Assembly (NCBI RefSeq): GCF_963921235.1
Contig: NC_086097.1
Coordinates: forward strand, 124,994,001 to 125,058,000
Source of the DNA: Mobula hypostoma
Lineage: Eukaryota
Direction: 5' to 3'
Length of the DNA stretch: 64,000 nt
Shown here: positions 1-9,604 of the stretch, in pieces
Numbering within the stretch: the first letter of the stretch is position 1
How the letters are laid out: each line of letters opens with the position of its first letter
Made by a program: the position numbers and the translations under genes
The notes under the pieces: generated by a model
What the model was told of the DNA's origin: nothing
Databases searched by the model: none
The model's input: only the letters and a program-made list of their open reading frames with translations

Positions 1-1205
1 CTCTTGATGGCTTTATTGAGATCTCTTGGATCTAGACATATCCTCAATGTTCTATTTTTCTTTTGCCCAATGGCCAGTGAGCTCACCCAATCTGTTGGTT
101 CTTCAATTTTCTGTGTGACATTTATCCGTTCCATGCGTGCTCGTTCTTGTTTGAGTTTATCTCTAGGTGCAAATGGAACTTTCCTGCATGCATAGACAAC
201 AGGAGGTATTGTCTCATCTACGTGGATTTTTTTTTATACCAGGTAAGCATCCGACCCCCTCAAAGACACCTGCAAACTCTTCCATGAGTGAAGTGTGGTC
301 ACCCTTGTTCTGTGAAGTCACTACAAAAACTCTTTTCAGCAGGTTGAGCTTTTCACATGCATTCAGACCTAATATTGGCTGTACTCTGTTTACTACAACT
401 TGTAGCTGTGCCTTTAGGTGCCACCCCTTATGCTTGAAGGTCACTATACAGCCCCCTTTTACTGGAATGTTCTCTCCTGTGTAGCCCGTCACTTTTAATT
501 TCACTGGGTAAAGAGCAAGATTTACCCAGTGAAATTAAAAGTGATGGGCTATACAGGAGAGAACATTCCAGTAAAAGGGGGCTGTATAGTGACCTTCAAG
601 CATAAGGGTCTTGTAATCATCCATGGATAATAGATTTACCCGGGCTCCAATGTCAAGCTCGCATGGAATTACTGTCTCATTCACAGTCGCTAGAACAATC
701 CATTCTGTTTACCAGCACCAGCAGTCTGCAGAGAATCTGCAAAAACATCCTCCGTTTCCTCAGTAAAAGTGTACACCTTTCTTCTGGTAGCCGCAGCTTT
801 GTAGCACTTTGCAAGATGATTCCTCGTACCACAATTATTCCATCAGCAGGACACATCTTTGGAATGTGCCTACCTTCACATTTGCTGCATTTATTGTTTG
901 AGCCTACCTCTATGTTATGCTGTTACTTTGGGAAATGCCTTGTGCTTTGCCCCTCTGTTTTCACTGTTGTTTCTGCTCTGTGCAGTCCCTTAGCTTGTGC
1001 TTGTGTGATTTCCACTGCCCTACACATACTTACAGCCTTTTCTAGTGTCAAATCTTTTTCACAGAGCAAACTTTCTCTGAGCCCAGTATCTGGGATTCCA
1101 CAAACTATTTTGTCTCTGAATAGTGAGTCTCTCAAATCTCCAAGCTCACAGGACCTACCCAGTGTGTGAAGCTCAGCTAAGTATTGGTCAAAACTAACAC
1201 CTTGT
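1..1205 (-). mobile_element. Gypsy-like LTR retrotransposon internal region (gag C-terminus, protease, start of RT), decayed; continues beyond the left edge and resumes after the L1 at 11484
   Basis: Minus-strand translation gives LFRDKIVCGIPD...LTLEKAVSMCRAVE (gag), TGYTGENIPVKG...QPILGLNACEKLNL (protease) and, at 1-230, PPVV..CRKVPFA...EPTDWVSSL...LRICLDPRDLNKAIKR (Gypsy RT N-terminus). Collinear with the related copy at 47611-48739. Confidence 0.88.
425..608. repeat. 88-bp inverted duplication (hairpin) with an 8-nt loop inside the Gypsy protease region
   Basis: 425-512 is the reverse complement of 521-608 with 2 mismatches; the loop is gagcaaga (513-520). Confidence 0.95.
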
Positions 1206-1349
1206 GGGGGACGTCACGTGATGACGTGGGATTGAGACGTGTAAATCCAGCTCTCCCGTAAAAAATCAGCAAAGTATCATTTAAACAAAGAAAAGTTAAT
1301 AAATAGTTTTTGAAAACTACTTGTAAACTAGTCAACACTATTTTACGAT

Positions 1350-2463
1350 ATGCCTCGTAAACAGCAACAGAAAAAGACTGCGAGATGGGAAGAAAAAAGG
1401 GCCTACTACAGCGATGGAACCTCGGGCTCAGGTTGGATCTCTGTCGGAGGAGACACATTTTATCTCTGGCATTGAAGAACTGGGGGCAATCGCGGCGGCA
1501 GCGGTCCCTGGGAAGAAGAAGTGGGAATTGCGCATACGTAAAGAAGTAGGCATGCGCAAATCGGTACGTCGAACTACAGGAACCAGCTGCCACTGAAAGT
1601 GAAAGTGACCTGGAGTCAGAATTGGATTCCCTGGAGAATACAGATGAAGAAGAGGAGGAAGAAGAACAAGAAGAGATTAAAAGTAAACGATATCGTGGAG
1701 ACATAAGAGAGACTTTAGTGCAAATAATGCTTGAATTAAAAGGAATAAAAATAGAGGATAAAAACATGAAGATTAAGTATGATAAAGCTATGAAAAGACA
1801 GGAGAAAACGGATAAGAAACTTCAAAAGTTGGAAAGAACAATGGAGGATATCAATGATAAGTGCAAAAAACAGAAAATGATATTCTTGCCTGGAAAACGG
1901 AAAGAGATCGGCTGTTGGAAAAAGTGGATGTGCTGGAAAATTTTAGTAGGAGAAATAATATTGAGATTGTTGGTCTTAAAGAAGGTACAGAGGGAGATAA
2001 CCCAATAGAACTTTTTCAAAGGTGGATCCTGGAAAATTTGCAAACGGAAGAGGGAGATTGGTCAATTGAAATTGAACGGGCACATAGAGCTCTAAGACCA
2101 AAACCACAACATGACCAAAGTCCGTGATCAATTTTAATAAAATCTTTAAGATTTCAAGACAAAGAAAAGATTCTACAGGCGGCTGCCCAAGCTGCCAAGA
2201 ATAGAAAAGGGCCATTGATGATAGAAGGGGGGAACATTTTTTTCTCTCCTGACACAAACTATGAACTTTTGAAGAGAAGGGAGAAAATCAACCCAGTGAA
2301 AAAAGTCCTATGGGATCATGGTTATCAATTTATACTGCACTATCCTGCAACCTTGAAGATTTTTTTGGCTCATGGAGAAAAAAGATTTTTTGATGGCGAC
2401 CAGAAAACGGGGGAGTTTGTGCGAGAATCTTTGAATATTCACCAGACAGAAGAAGAAATCTAG
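1350..2463 (+). pseudogene. L1 ORF1p (coiled coil plus RRM/CTD), frameshifted and with stops
   Basis: Fragments LENFSRRNNIEIVGLKEG...IERAHRALRPKP and IFFSPDTNYELLKRR...YPATLKI are typical L1 ORF1 motifs, spread over several frames. Confidence 0.85.
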
Positions 2464-4636
2464 GGGAGCGAGATGGATTAAAGAAGAAGGCTGGGACAGG
2501 GAATAGACTTCGTGGATTTTTAAAGGTGGAAGAATATAAAAATATATTATTAACTATATGATAGAGGGAAAGATATGTAAAAGTTTGAGGAATATTAGTT
2601 GGGAATAGTGACATTAAATTTTTTTTATATATATAATTTTTTTTGTTATGGGGGAGCTGGAAGAAATACTGACCAATCGCTACGGGATTCGTGTGTGCAA
2701 TCATGGCGACAACCATGACCCGCAAAATGGAGGGGGGTAATGTTGTGGTTTTTTCACTCACAACATTAGTAGGGGGGTATTTTGTTATTCTTCTTTTTAT
2801 ATTATATCTATTTTTTATTTCTTTCTTTTTGCCTGGATGATTGGCGGGGGGGGGGGCGGGGAAACACATAGCAACATGGTGAAGTTTAAAGAGATTCCCC
2901 AAGGGACTATGAGAGTTGAGATGTTAAGTAATGTTTTAGATTGGAGTAGTTTTGTTAAGAATAATGACTAACTTATTGAATTTTTTGAGTTTTAATGTTA
3001 ATGGGCTTAACGGACCTGTGAAAAGAAAAAGAATTTTAACACACATTAAGAAAATGAAGGTAGATATAGCCTTCTTGCAGGAAACACACTTAACAGAAAC
3101 AGGACATCAGAAATTAAAGAGGGACTGGGTGGGAAGTGTTGTTGCAGCTTCATTTAATTCAAAAGCGAGGGGAGTAGCAATTTTGATCAATAAAACATTA
3201 CCAATTAGAATACAAAATGTAATAACTGATTCTGCGGGGAAATATGTGATTATACACTGCCAACTTTTTTCCGAATTATGGACCCTCATGAATATTTATG
3301 CACCAAATGAATATGATGCAAAATTTATACAAGAAGCTTTTTTGAATTTGGCTGATGCACATGATAAAATATTAATAGGTGGAGACTTTAACTTTTGCCT
3401 CGACCCAGTCTTAGACAGATCAACTAAGGCTGTTACAAAATTGAAAGTAGTAAAACTAACTTTATCATTGATGAAAGATTTAAATTTGATTGACATATGG
3501 AGAAGAATTAACCCCAAAGAAAGAGACTATTCATTCTATTCTAACAGACATAAAACTTACTCAAGGATAGATTTTTTTCTATTATCAATGAATATTCAAG
3601 ATAGAGTGATAAATATGGAATATAAAGCGAGAATATTGTCAGATCACTCTCCTTTATTAATGACAGATAAAGAAGAAGCGACTTATAGATGGAGATTTAA
3701 TTCAATATTATTAAAACGTCAAGATTTTTGTGATTTTATGAAAAAACAGACCCAATTTTTTTTTGGATTCAAACTCTCTTTCAGTTGATGATAAATTTGA
3801 TTTATGGGATGCGATGAAAGCATATTTGAGGGGTCAGATAATAAGTTAAATGTCTAAAATTAAGAAGGAATATATGGTAGAACTAGATCAATTGGAAAAA
3901 GAGATTACAAAATTAGAAAGAGAATCTCAAAGACATATGATTGAAGAAAAATGAAGACAACTAGTCAATAAGAAGTTACAATGTAATACGCTTCAATCAT
4001 ATCGAACGGAAAAAGCAATCATGAGAACTAAGCAAAGGTATTATGAGTTAGGGGAGATCACACAAAATTCTTGCTTGGCAGTTGAAAACAGAACAGGCTG
4101 CCAGAACGATAAATGCAATTAGAATAAGTGCAAAAAAAATTATTTATAAACCTTTAGAAATTAATGAAACCTTCAGAAGTTTCTACTCTGAATTATATCA
4201 ATCGGAATCACAAAACAATATTAATGAGATAGAAAGATTTTTATCACAAATAACTCTTGCTAAATTGAACTCGGAAGAACAGAAGGGATTAGATATGTCT
4301 TTTACATTAAAGGAGGTTGAAGAAGCTTTAGGATCACTTCAAAGTAATAAATCTCCAGGAGAGGTTGGTTTTCCGCCTGAATTTTATAAAAAGTTTAAAG
4401 ATTTATTAATTTCTCCTTTTATGGAGTTAATGTGTCAAGTGGAAAAAACACATAAACTTCCAGTATCTTTCTCGACAGCGATTGTAATAGTATTGCCAAA
4501 AAAAGATAGAGATCCTAAAACCAGCATCATATAGGCCTAAACAACAGGAATTCTGCAGATGCTGGAAATTCAAGCAACATACATCAAAGTTGCTGGTGAA
4601 CGCAGCAGGCCAGGCAGCATCTATAGGAAGAAGCGC

Positions 4637-4672
4637 AGTCGACGTTTCAGGCCGAGACCCTTCGTCAGGACT
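4637..4672 (-). ncRNA. Minimal type I hammerhead ribozyme in the PLE 3' region
   Basis: The minus strand reads AGUC-CUGACGA-agggucucggccu-GAAA-CG-UC-GACU. The core boxes are intact and stem I is AGUC/GACU. Confidence 0.8.
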
Positions 4673-4966
4673 AACTGAAGGAAGAGTGAGTAAGGGATTT
4701 GAAAGCTGGAGGGGGAGGGGGAGATGCAAAATGATAGGAGAAGACAGGAGGGGGAGGGATAGAGCCGAGAGCTGGACAGGTGATAGGCAGAAGGGGATAC
4801 GAGAGGATCATGGGACAGGAGGTCCGGGAAGAAAGACGGTGGGGGGGGTGACCCAGAGGATGGGCAAGAGGTATATTCAGAGGGACAGAGGGAGAAAAAG
4901 GAGAGTGAGAGAAAGAATGTGTGCATTAAAAAGAGTAACAGATGGGGTACGAGGGGGAGGTGGGGC

Positions 4967-5710
4967 CTAGCGGAAGTTAGAGAAGTCAATGTTCATGCCA
5001 TCAGGTTGGAGGCTACCCATACGGAATATAAGGTGTTGTTCCTCCAACCTGAGTGTGGCTTCATCTTTACAGTAGAGGAGGCCGTGGATAGACATGTCAG
5101 AATGGGAATGGGATGTGGAATTAAAATGTGTGGCCACTGGGAGATCCTGCTTTCTCTGGCGGACAGAGCGTAGATGTTCAGCAAAGCGGTCTCCCAGTCT
5201 GCGTCGGGTCTCACCAATATATAAAAGGCCACATCGGGAGCACCGGACGCAGTATATCACCCCAGTCGACTCACAGGTGAAGTGATGCCTCACCTGGAAG
5301 GACTGTTTGGGGCCCTGAATGGTGGTAAGGGAGGAAGTGTAAGGGCATGTGTAGCACTTGTTCCGCTTACACGGATAAGTGCCAGGAGGGAGATCAGTGG
5401 GGAGGGATGGGGGGGACGAATGGACAAGGGAGTTGTGTAGGGAGCGATCCCTGCGGAATGCAGAGAGAGGCGGGGAGGGAAAGATATGCTTAGTGGTGGG
5501 ATCCCGTTGGAGGTGGCGGAAGTTACGGGGAATAATATGTTGGACCCGGAGGCTGGTGGGGTGGTAGGTGAGGACCAGGGGAACCCTATTCCTAGTGGGG
5601 TGGTGGGAGGATGGAGTGAGAGCAGATGTACGTGAAATGGGGGAGATGCGTTTAAGAGCAGAGTTGATAGTGGAGGAAGGGAAGTCCCTTTCTTTAAAAA
5701 ATGAAGACAT
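4967..5710 (-). CDS. PLE ORF C-terminal part: RT thumb/linker and GIY-YIG endonuclease (5'-truncated)
   Basis: CKRNKCYTC zinc-linker followed by GVIYCVRCSRCGLLYIGETRRRLGDRFAEH...EEQHLIF...PDGMN. Confidence 0.85.
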   Translation of the reverse strand: MSSFFKERDFPSSTINSALKRISPISRTSALTPSSHHPTRNRVPLVLTYHPTSLRVQHIIPRNFRHLQRDPTTKHIFPSPPLSAFRRDRSLHNSLVHSSPPSLPTDLPPGTYPCKRNKCYTCPYTSSLTTIQGPKQSFQVRHHFTCESTGVIYCVRCSRCGLLYIGETRRRLGDRFAEHLRSVRQRKQDLPVATHFNSTSHSHSDMSIHGLLYCKDEATLRLEEQHLIFRMGSLQPDGMNIDFSNFR

Positions 5711-6058
5711 CTCCCTCGTCCTAGAATGAAAAGCCTCATCCTGAGAGCAGATGCGGCGGAGACGGAGGAATTGCGAGAAGGGGATGGCGTTTTTGCAAGA
5801 GACAGGGTGAGAAGAGGAATAGTCCAGATAGTTGTGAGAGTCAGTAGGCTTATAGTAGACATCAGTGGATAAGCTGTCTCCAGAGACAGAGACAGCTTAT
5901 CCACTGATGTCTACTATAAGCCTACTGACTCTCACAACTATCTGGACTATTCCTCTTCTCACCCTGTCTCTTGCAAAAACGCCATCCCCTTCTCGCAATT
6001 CCTCCGTCTCCGCCGCATCTGCTCTCAGGATGAGGCTTTTCATTCTAGGACGAGGGAG

Positions 6059-6802
6059 ATGTCTTCATTTTTTAAAGAAAGGGACTTCCCTTCCTCCACT
6101 ATCAACTCTGCTCTTAAACGCATCTCCCCCATTTCACGTACATCTGCTCTCACTCCATCCTCCCACCACCCCACTAGGAATAGGGTTCCCCTGGTCCTCA
6201 CCTACCACCCCACCAGCCTCCGGGTCCAACATATTATTCTCCGTAACTTCCGCCACCTCCAACGGGATCCCACCACTAAGCATATCTTTCCCTCCCCCCC
6301 TCTCTCTGCATTCCGCAGGGATCGCTCCCTACACAACTCCCTTGTCCATTCGTCCCCCCCATCCCTCCCCACTGATCTCCCTCCTAGCACTTATCCGTGT
6401 AAGCGGAACAAGTGCTACACATGCCCTTACACTTCCTCCCTTACCACCATTCAGGGCCCCAAACAGTCCTTCCAGGTGAGGCATCACTTCACCTGTGAGT
6501 CGACTGGGGTGATATACTGCGTCCGGTGCTCCCGATGTGGCCTTTTATATATTGGTGAGACCCGACGCAGACTGGGAGACCGCTTTGCTGAACATCTACG
6601 CTCTGTCCGCCAGAGAAAGCAGGATCTCCCAGTGGCCACACATTTTAATTCCACATCCCATTCCCATTCTGACATGTCTATCTACGGCCTCCTCTACTGT
6701 AAAGATGAAGCCACACTCAGGTTGGAGGAACAACACCTTATATTCCGTATGGGTAGCCTCCAACCTGATGGCATGAACATTGACTTCTCTAACTTCCGCT
6801 AG
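6059..6802 (+). CDS. PLE ORF C-terminal part with GIY-YIG endonuclease (mirror copy)
   Basis: The 247-aa product is identical to that of 4967-5710 except for 3 substitutions (P/L, G/S, H/Y). Confidence 0.85.
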   Translation: MSSFFKERDFPSSTINSALKRISPISRTSALTPSSHHPTRNRVPLVLTYHPTSLRVQHIILRNFRHLQRDPTTKHIFPSPPLSAFRRDRSLHNSLVHSSPPSLPTDLPPSTYPCKRNKCYTCPYTSSLTTIQGPKQSFQVRHHFTCESTGVIYCVRCSRCGLLYIGETRRRLGDRFAEHLRSVRQRKQDLPVATHFNSTSHSHSDMSIYGLLYCKDEATLRLEEQHLIFRMGSLQPDGMNIDFSNFR

Positions 6803-7094
6803 GCCCCACCTCCCCCTCGTACCCCATCTGTTACTCTTTTTAATGCACACATTCTTTCTCTCACTCTCCTTTTTCTCCCTCTGTCCCTCTGAATATACCT
6901 CTTGCCCATCCTCTGGGTCACCCCCCCCCGTCTTTCTTCCCGGACCTCCTGTCCCATGATCCTCTCGTATCCCCTTCTGCCTATCACCTGTCCAGCTCTC
7001 GGCTCTATCCCTCCCCCTCCTGTCTTCTCCTATCATTTTGCATCTCCCCCTCCCCCTCCAGCTTTCAAATCCCTTACTCACTCTTCCTTCAGTT

Positions 7095-7130
7095 AGTCCT
7101 GACGAAGGGTCTCGGCCTGAAACGTCGACT
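7095..7130 (+). ncRNA. Minimal type I hammerhead ribozyme in the PLE 3' region
   Basis: agtc CTGACGA agggtctcggcct GAAA cgtc gact; predicted GUC cleavage after 7126. Confidence 0.8.
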
Positions 7131-7780
7131 GCGCCTCTTCCTACAGATGCTGCCTGGCCTGCTGCGTTCACCAGCAACTTTGATGTATGTTGATCATATA
7201 GGCCTATTTCTTTGTTGAACATGGATTATAAAATAATAGCAAAAATTTTATCTAGTAGATTATCTAAATATTTGCCAAAATTAATACATATGGATCAAAC
7301 AGGATTTATTAAAAATAGACAATTGGCAGATAATGTAACTCGGCTACTTAGTATAATTCATTTGGCACAAAAAAGGGAGGAAATGAGTATGGTAGTAGTC
7401 TTGGATGCAGAAAAAGCATTTGATAGATTGGAATGGGATTTTTTATTTAAAGTATTAGAAAAATATGGGTTTGGAGTACCTTTTATAAACTGAATTAAAA
7501 GCTTAAACACTAATCCTAACGCTAAAGTAGTGACAAATAGTCAAATTTCAACACCATTCCAGTTAAAAAGGTCAACTAGACAAGGTTGTCCATTACCACC
7601 TGCTTTATTTGTATTGGCGATAGAACCATTAGTAGAACTAATTAGAATTGATTCAGATATTAAGGGTTTTAGAGTTAATCAGGAGGAATATAAGATTAAT
7701 TTATCTGCTGATGATGTTTTGATTTATTTAACAAATCCACTGCATTCGTTACGTAAACTATCTTCTAGATTGGAAGAATA

Positions 7781-9604
7781 AGGAAAAGACTGATAAAGAC
7801 AAATGTAGGTCCCCTGCAGACAGAAACAGGTGAATTGATTATGGGGAGCAAGGACATGGCAGACCAATTGAATAATTACTTTGGTTCTGTCTTCACTAAG
7901 GAGGACATAAATAATCTTCCAGAAATAGTAAGGGACAGAGGGTCCAGTGAGATGGAGGAACTGAGTGAAATACATGTTAGTAGGGAAGTGGTGTTAGGTA
8001 AATTGAAGGGATTGAAGGCAGATAAATCCCCAGGATCAGATGGTCTGCATCCTAGAGTGCTTAAGGAAGTAGCCCAAGAAATAGTGGATGCATTAGTGAT
8101 AATTTTTCAAAACTCGTTAGATTCTGGACTAGTTCCTGAGGATTGGAGGGTGGCTAATGTAACCTCACTTTTTAAAAAAGGAGGGAGAGAGAAACCGGGG
8201 AATTATAGGCCGGTTAGCCTAACGTCGGTGGTGGGGAAACTGCTGGAGTCAGTTATCAAGGATGTGATAACAGCACATTTGGAAAGCGGTGAAATGGTCG
8301 GACAAAGTCAGCATGGATTTGTGAAAGGAAAATCATGTCTGACGAATCTCATAGAATTTTTTGAGGATGTAACTAGTAGAGTGGATAGGGGAGAACCAGT
8401 GGATGTGGTATATTTGGATTTTCAAAAGGCTTTTGACAAGGTCCCACACAGGAGATTAGTGAGCAAACTTAAAGCACACGGTATTGGGGGTAAGGTATTG
8501 GTGTGGGTGGAGAATTGGTTAGCAGACAGGAAGCAAAGAGTGGGAATAAACGGGACCTTTTCAGAATGGCAGGCGGTGACTAGTGGGGTACCGCAAGGCT
8601 CAGTGCTGGGACCTCAGTTGTTTACAATATATATTAATGACTTGGATGAGGGAATTAAATGCAGCATCTCCAAGTTTGCGGATGACATGAAGCTGGGTGG
8701 CAGTGTTAGCAGTGAGGAGGATGCTAAGAGGATGCAGGGTGACTTGGATAGGTTGGGTGAGTGGGCAAACTCATGGCAGATGCAATTTAATGTGGATAAA
8801 TGTGAAGTTATCCACTTTGGTGGCAAAAATAGGAAAACAGATTATTATCTGAATGGTGGCCGATTAGGAAAAGGGGAGGTGCAACGAGACCTGGGTGTCA
8901 TTATACACCAGTCATTGAAAGTGGGCATGCAGGAACAGCAGGCGGTGAAAAAGGCGAACGGTATGCTGGCATTTATAGCGAGAGGATTCGAGTACAGGAG
9001 CAGGGAGGTACTACTGCAGTTGTACAAGGCCTTGGTGAGACCACACCTGGAGTATTGTGTGCAGTTTTGGTCCCCTAATCTGAGGAAAGACATCTTTGCC
9101 ATAGAGGGAGTACAAAGAAGGTTCACCAGATTGATTCCTGGGATGGCAGGTCTTTCATATGAAGAAAGACTGGATGAACTGGGCTTGTACTCGTTGGAAT
9201 TTAGAAGATTGAGGGGGTATCTGATTGAAACGTATAAGATCCTAAAGGGATTGGACAGGCTAGATGCGGGAAGATTGTTCCCGATGTTGGGGAGGTCCAG
9301 AACGAGGGGTCACAATTTGAGGATAGAGGGGAAGCCTTTTAGGACCGAGATTAGGAAAAACTTCTTCACACAGAGAGTGGTGAATCTGTGGAATTCTCTG
9401 CCACAGCAAACTGTTGAGGCCAGTTCATTGGCTATGTTTAAAAGGGAGTTAGATATGGCCCATGTGGCTACAGGGGTCAGGGGGTATGGAGGGAAGGCTG
9501 GGTTCTGAGTTGGATGATCAGCCATGATCATAATAAATGGCGGTGCAGGCTCGAAGGGCCGAATGGCCTACTCCTGCACCTATTTTCTATGTTTCTATGT
9601 TTCT
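7781..9604 (+). mobile_element. CR1-clade LINE, 5'-truncated and young, nested in L1 ORF2
   Basis: Open RT frame; 3' hairpin ggccgaatggcc followed by a (tttctatg)n tail. The L1 reading SRLEE|YGKVSGYKIN rejoins across it, with aata on both sides. Confidence 0.95.
7835..9508 (+). CDS. CR1 ORF2 reverse transcriptase region, uninterrupted over 557 aa
   Basis: Motifs NYRPVSLTSVVGK, YLDFQKAFDKV, SGVPQGSVLGP, KFADD and RPHLEYCVQFWSP. Confidence 0.92.
   Translation: MIMGSKDMADQLNNYFGSVFTKEDINNLPEIVRDRGSSEMEELSEIHVSREVVLGKLKGLKADKSPGSDGLHPRVLKEVAQEIVDALVIIFQNSLDSGLVPEDWRVANVTSLFKKGGREKPGNYRPVSLTSVVGKLLESVIKDVITAHLESGEMVGQSQHGFVKGKSCLTNLIEFFEDVTSRVDRGEPVDVVYLDFQKAFDKVPHRRLVSKLKAHGIGGKVLVWVENWLADRKQRVGINGTFSEWQAVTSGVPQGSVLGPQLFTIYINDLDEGIKCSISKFADDMKLGGSVSSEEDAKRMQGDLDRLGEWANSWQMQFNVDKCEVIHFGGKNRKTDYYLNGGRLGKGEVQRDLGVIIHQSLKVGMQEQQAVKKANGMLAFIARGFEYRSREVLLQLYKALVRPHLEYCVQFWSPNLRKDIFAIEGVQRRFTRLIPGMAGLSYEERLDELGLYSLEFRRLRGYLIETYKILKGLDRLDAGRLFPMLGRSRTRGHNLRIEGKPFRTEIRKNFFTQRVVNLWNSLPQQTVEASSLAMFKRELDMAHVATGVRGYGGKAGF

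Larger units (their letters stand above)
4540..7192. mobile_element. Penelope-like element (PLE) inserted as a head-to-head palindrome of two 5'-truncated copies
   Basis: Arms 4575-5880 and 5889-7192 are reverse complements with only a handful of differences and an 8-nt spacer. 14-bp TSD atcatataggccta at 4526-4539 and 7193-7206. A GIY-YIG ORF is present in both arms. Confidence 0.95.

Noticed and set aside
5290..6479. Mirror 204-aa ORFs starting MDKLS on both strands
   Set aside because: They are alternative frames of the PLE created across the palindrome axis, with no recognisable domain.
4540..7192. DNA transposon with long TIRs, or an assembly fold-back artefact
   Set aside because: The arms encode PLE GIY-YIG rather than a transposase. 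The TSD, the arm differences and the correct L1 continuation argue against an artefact, although a read check is still advised.
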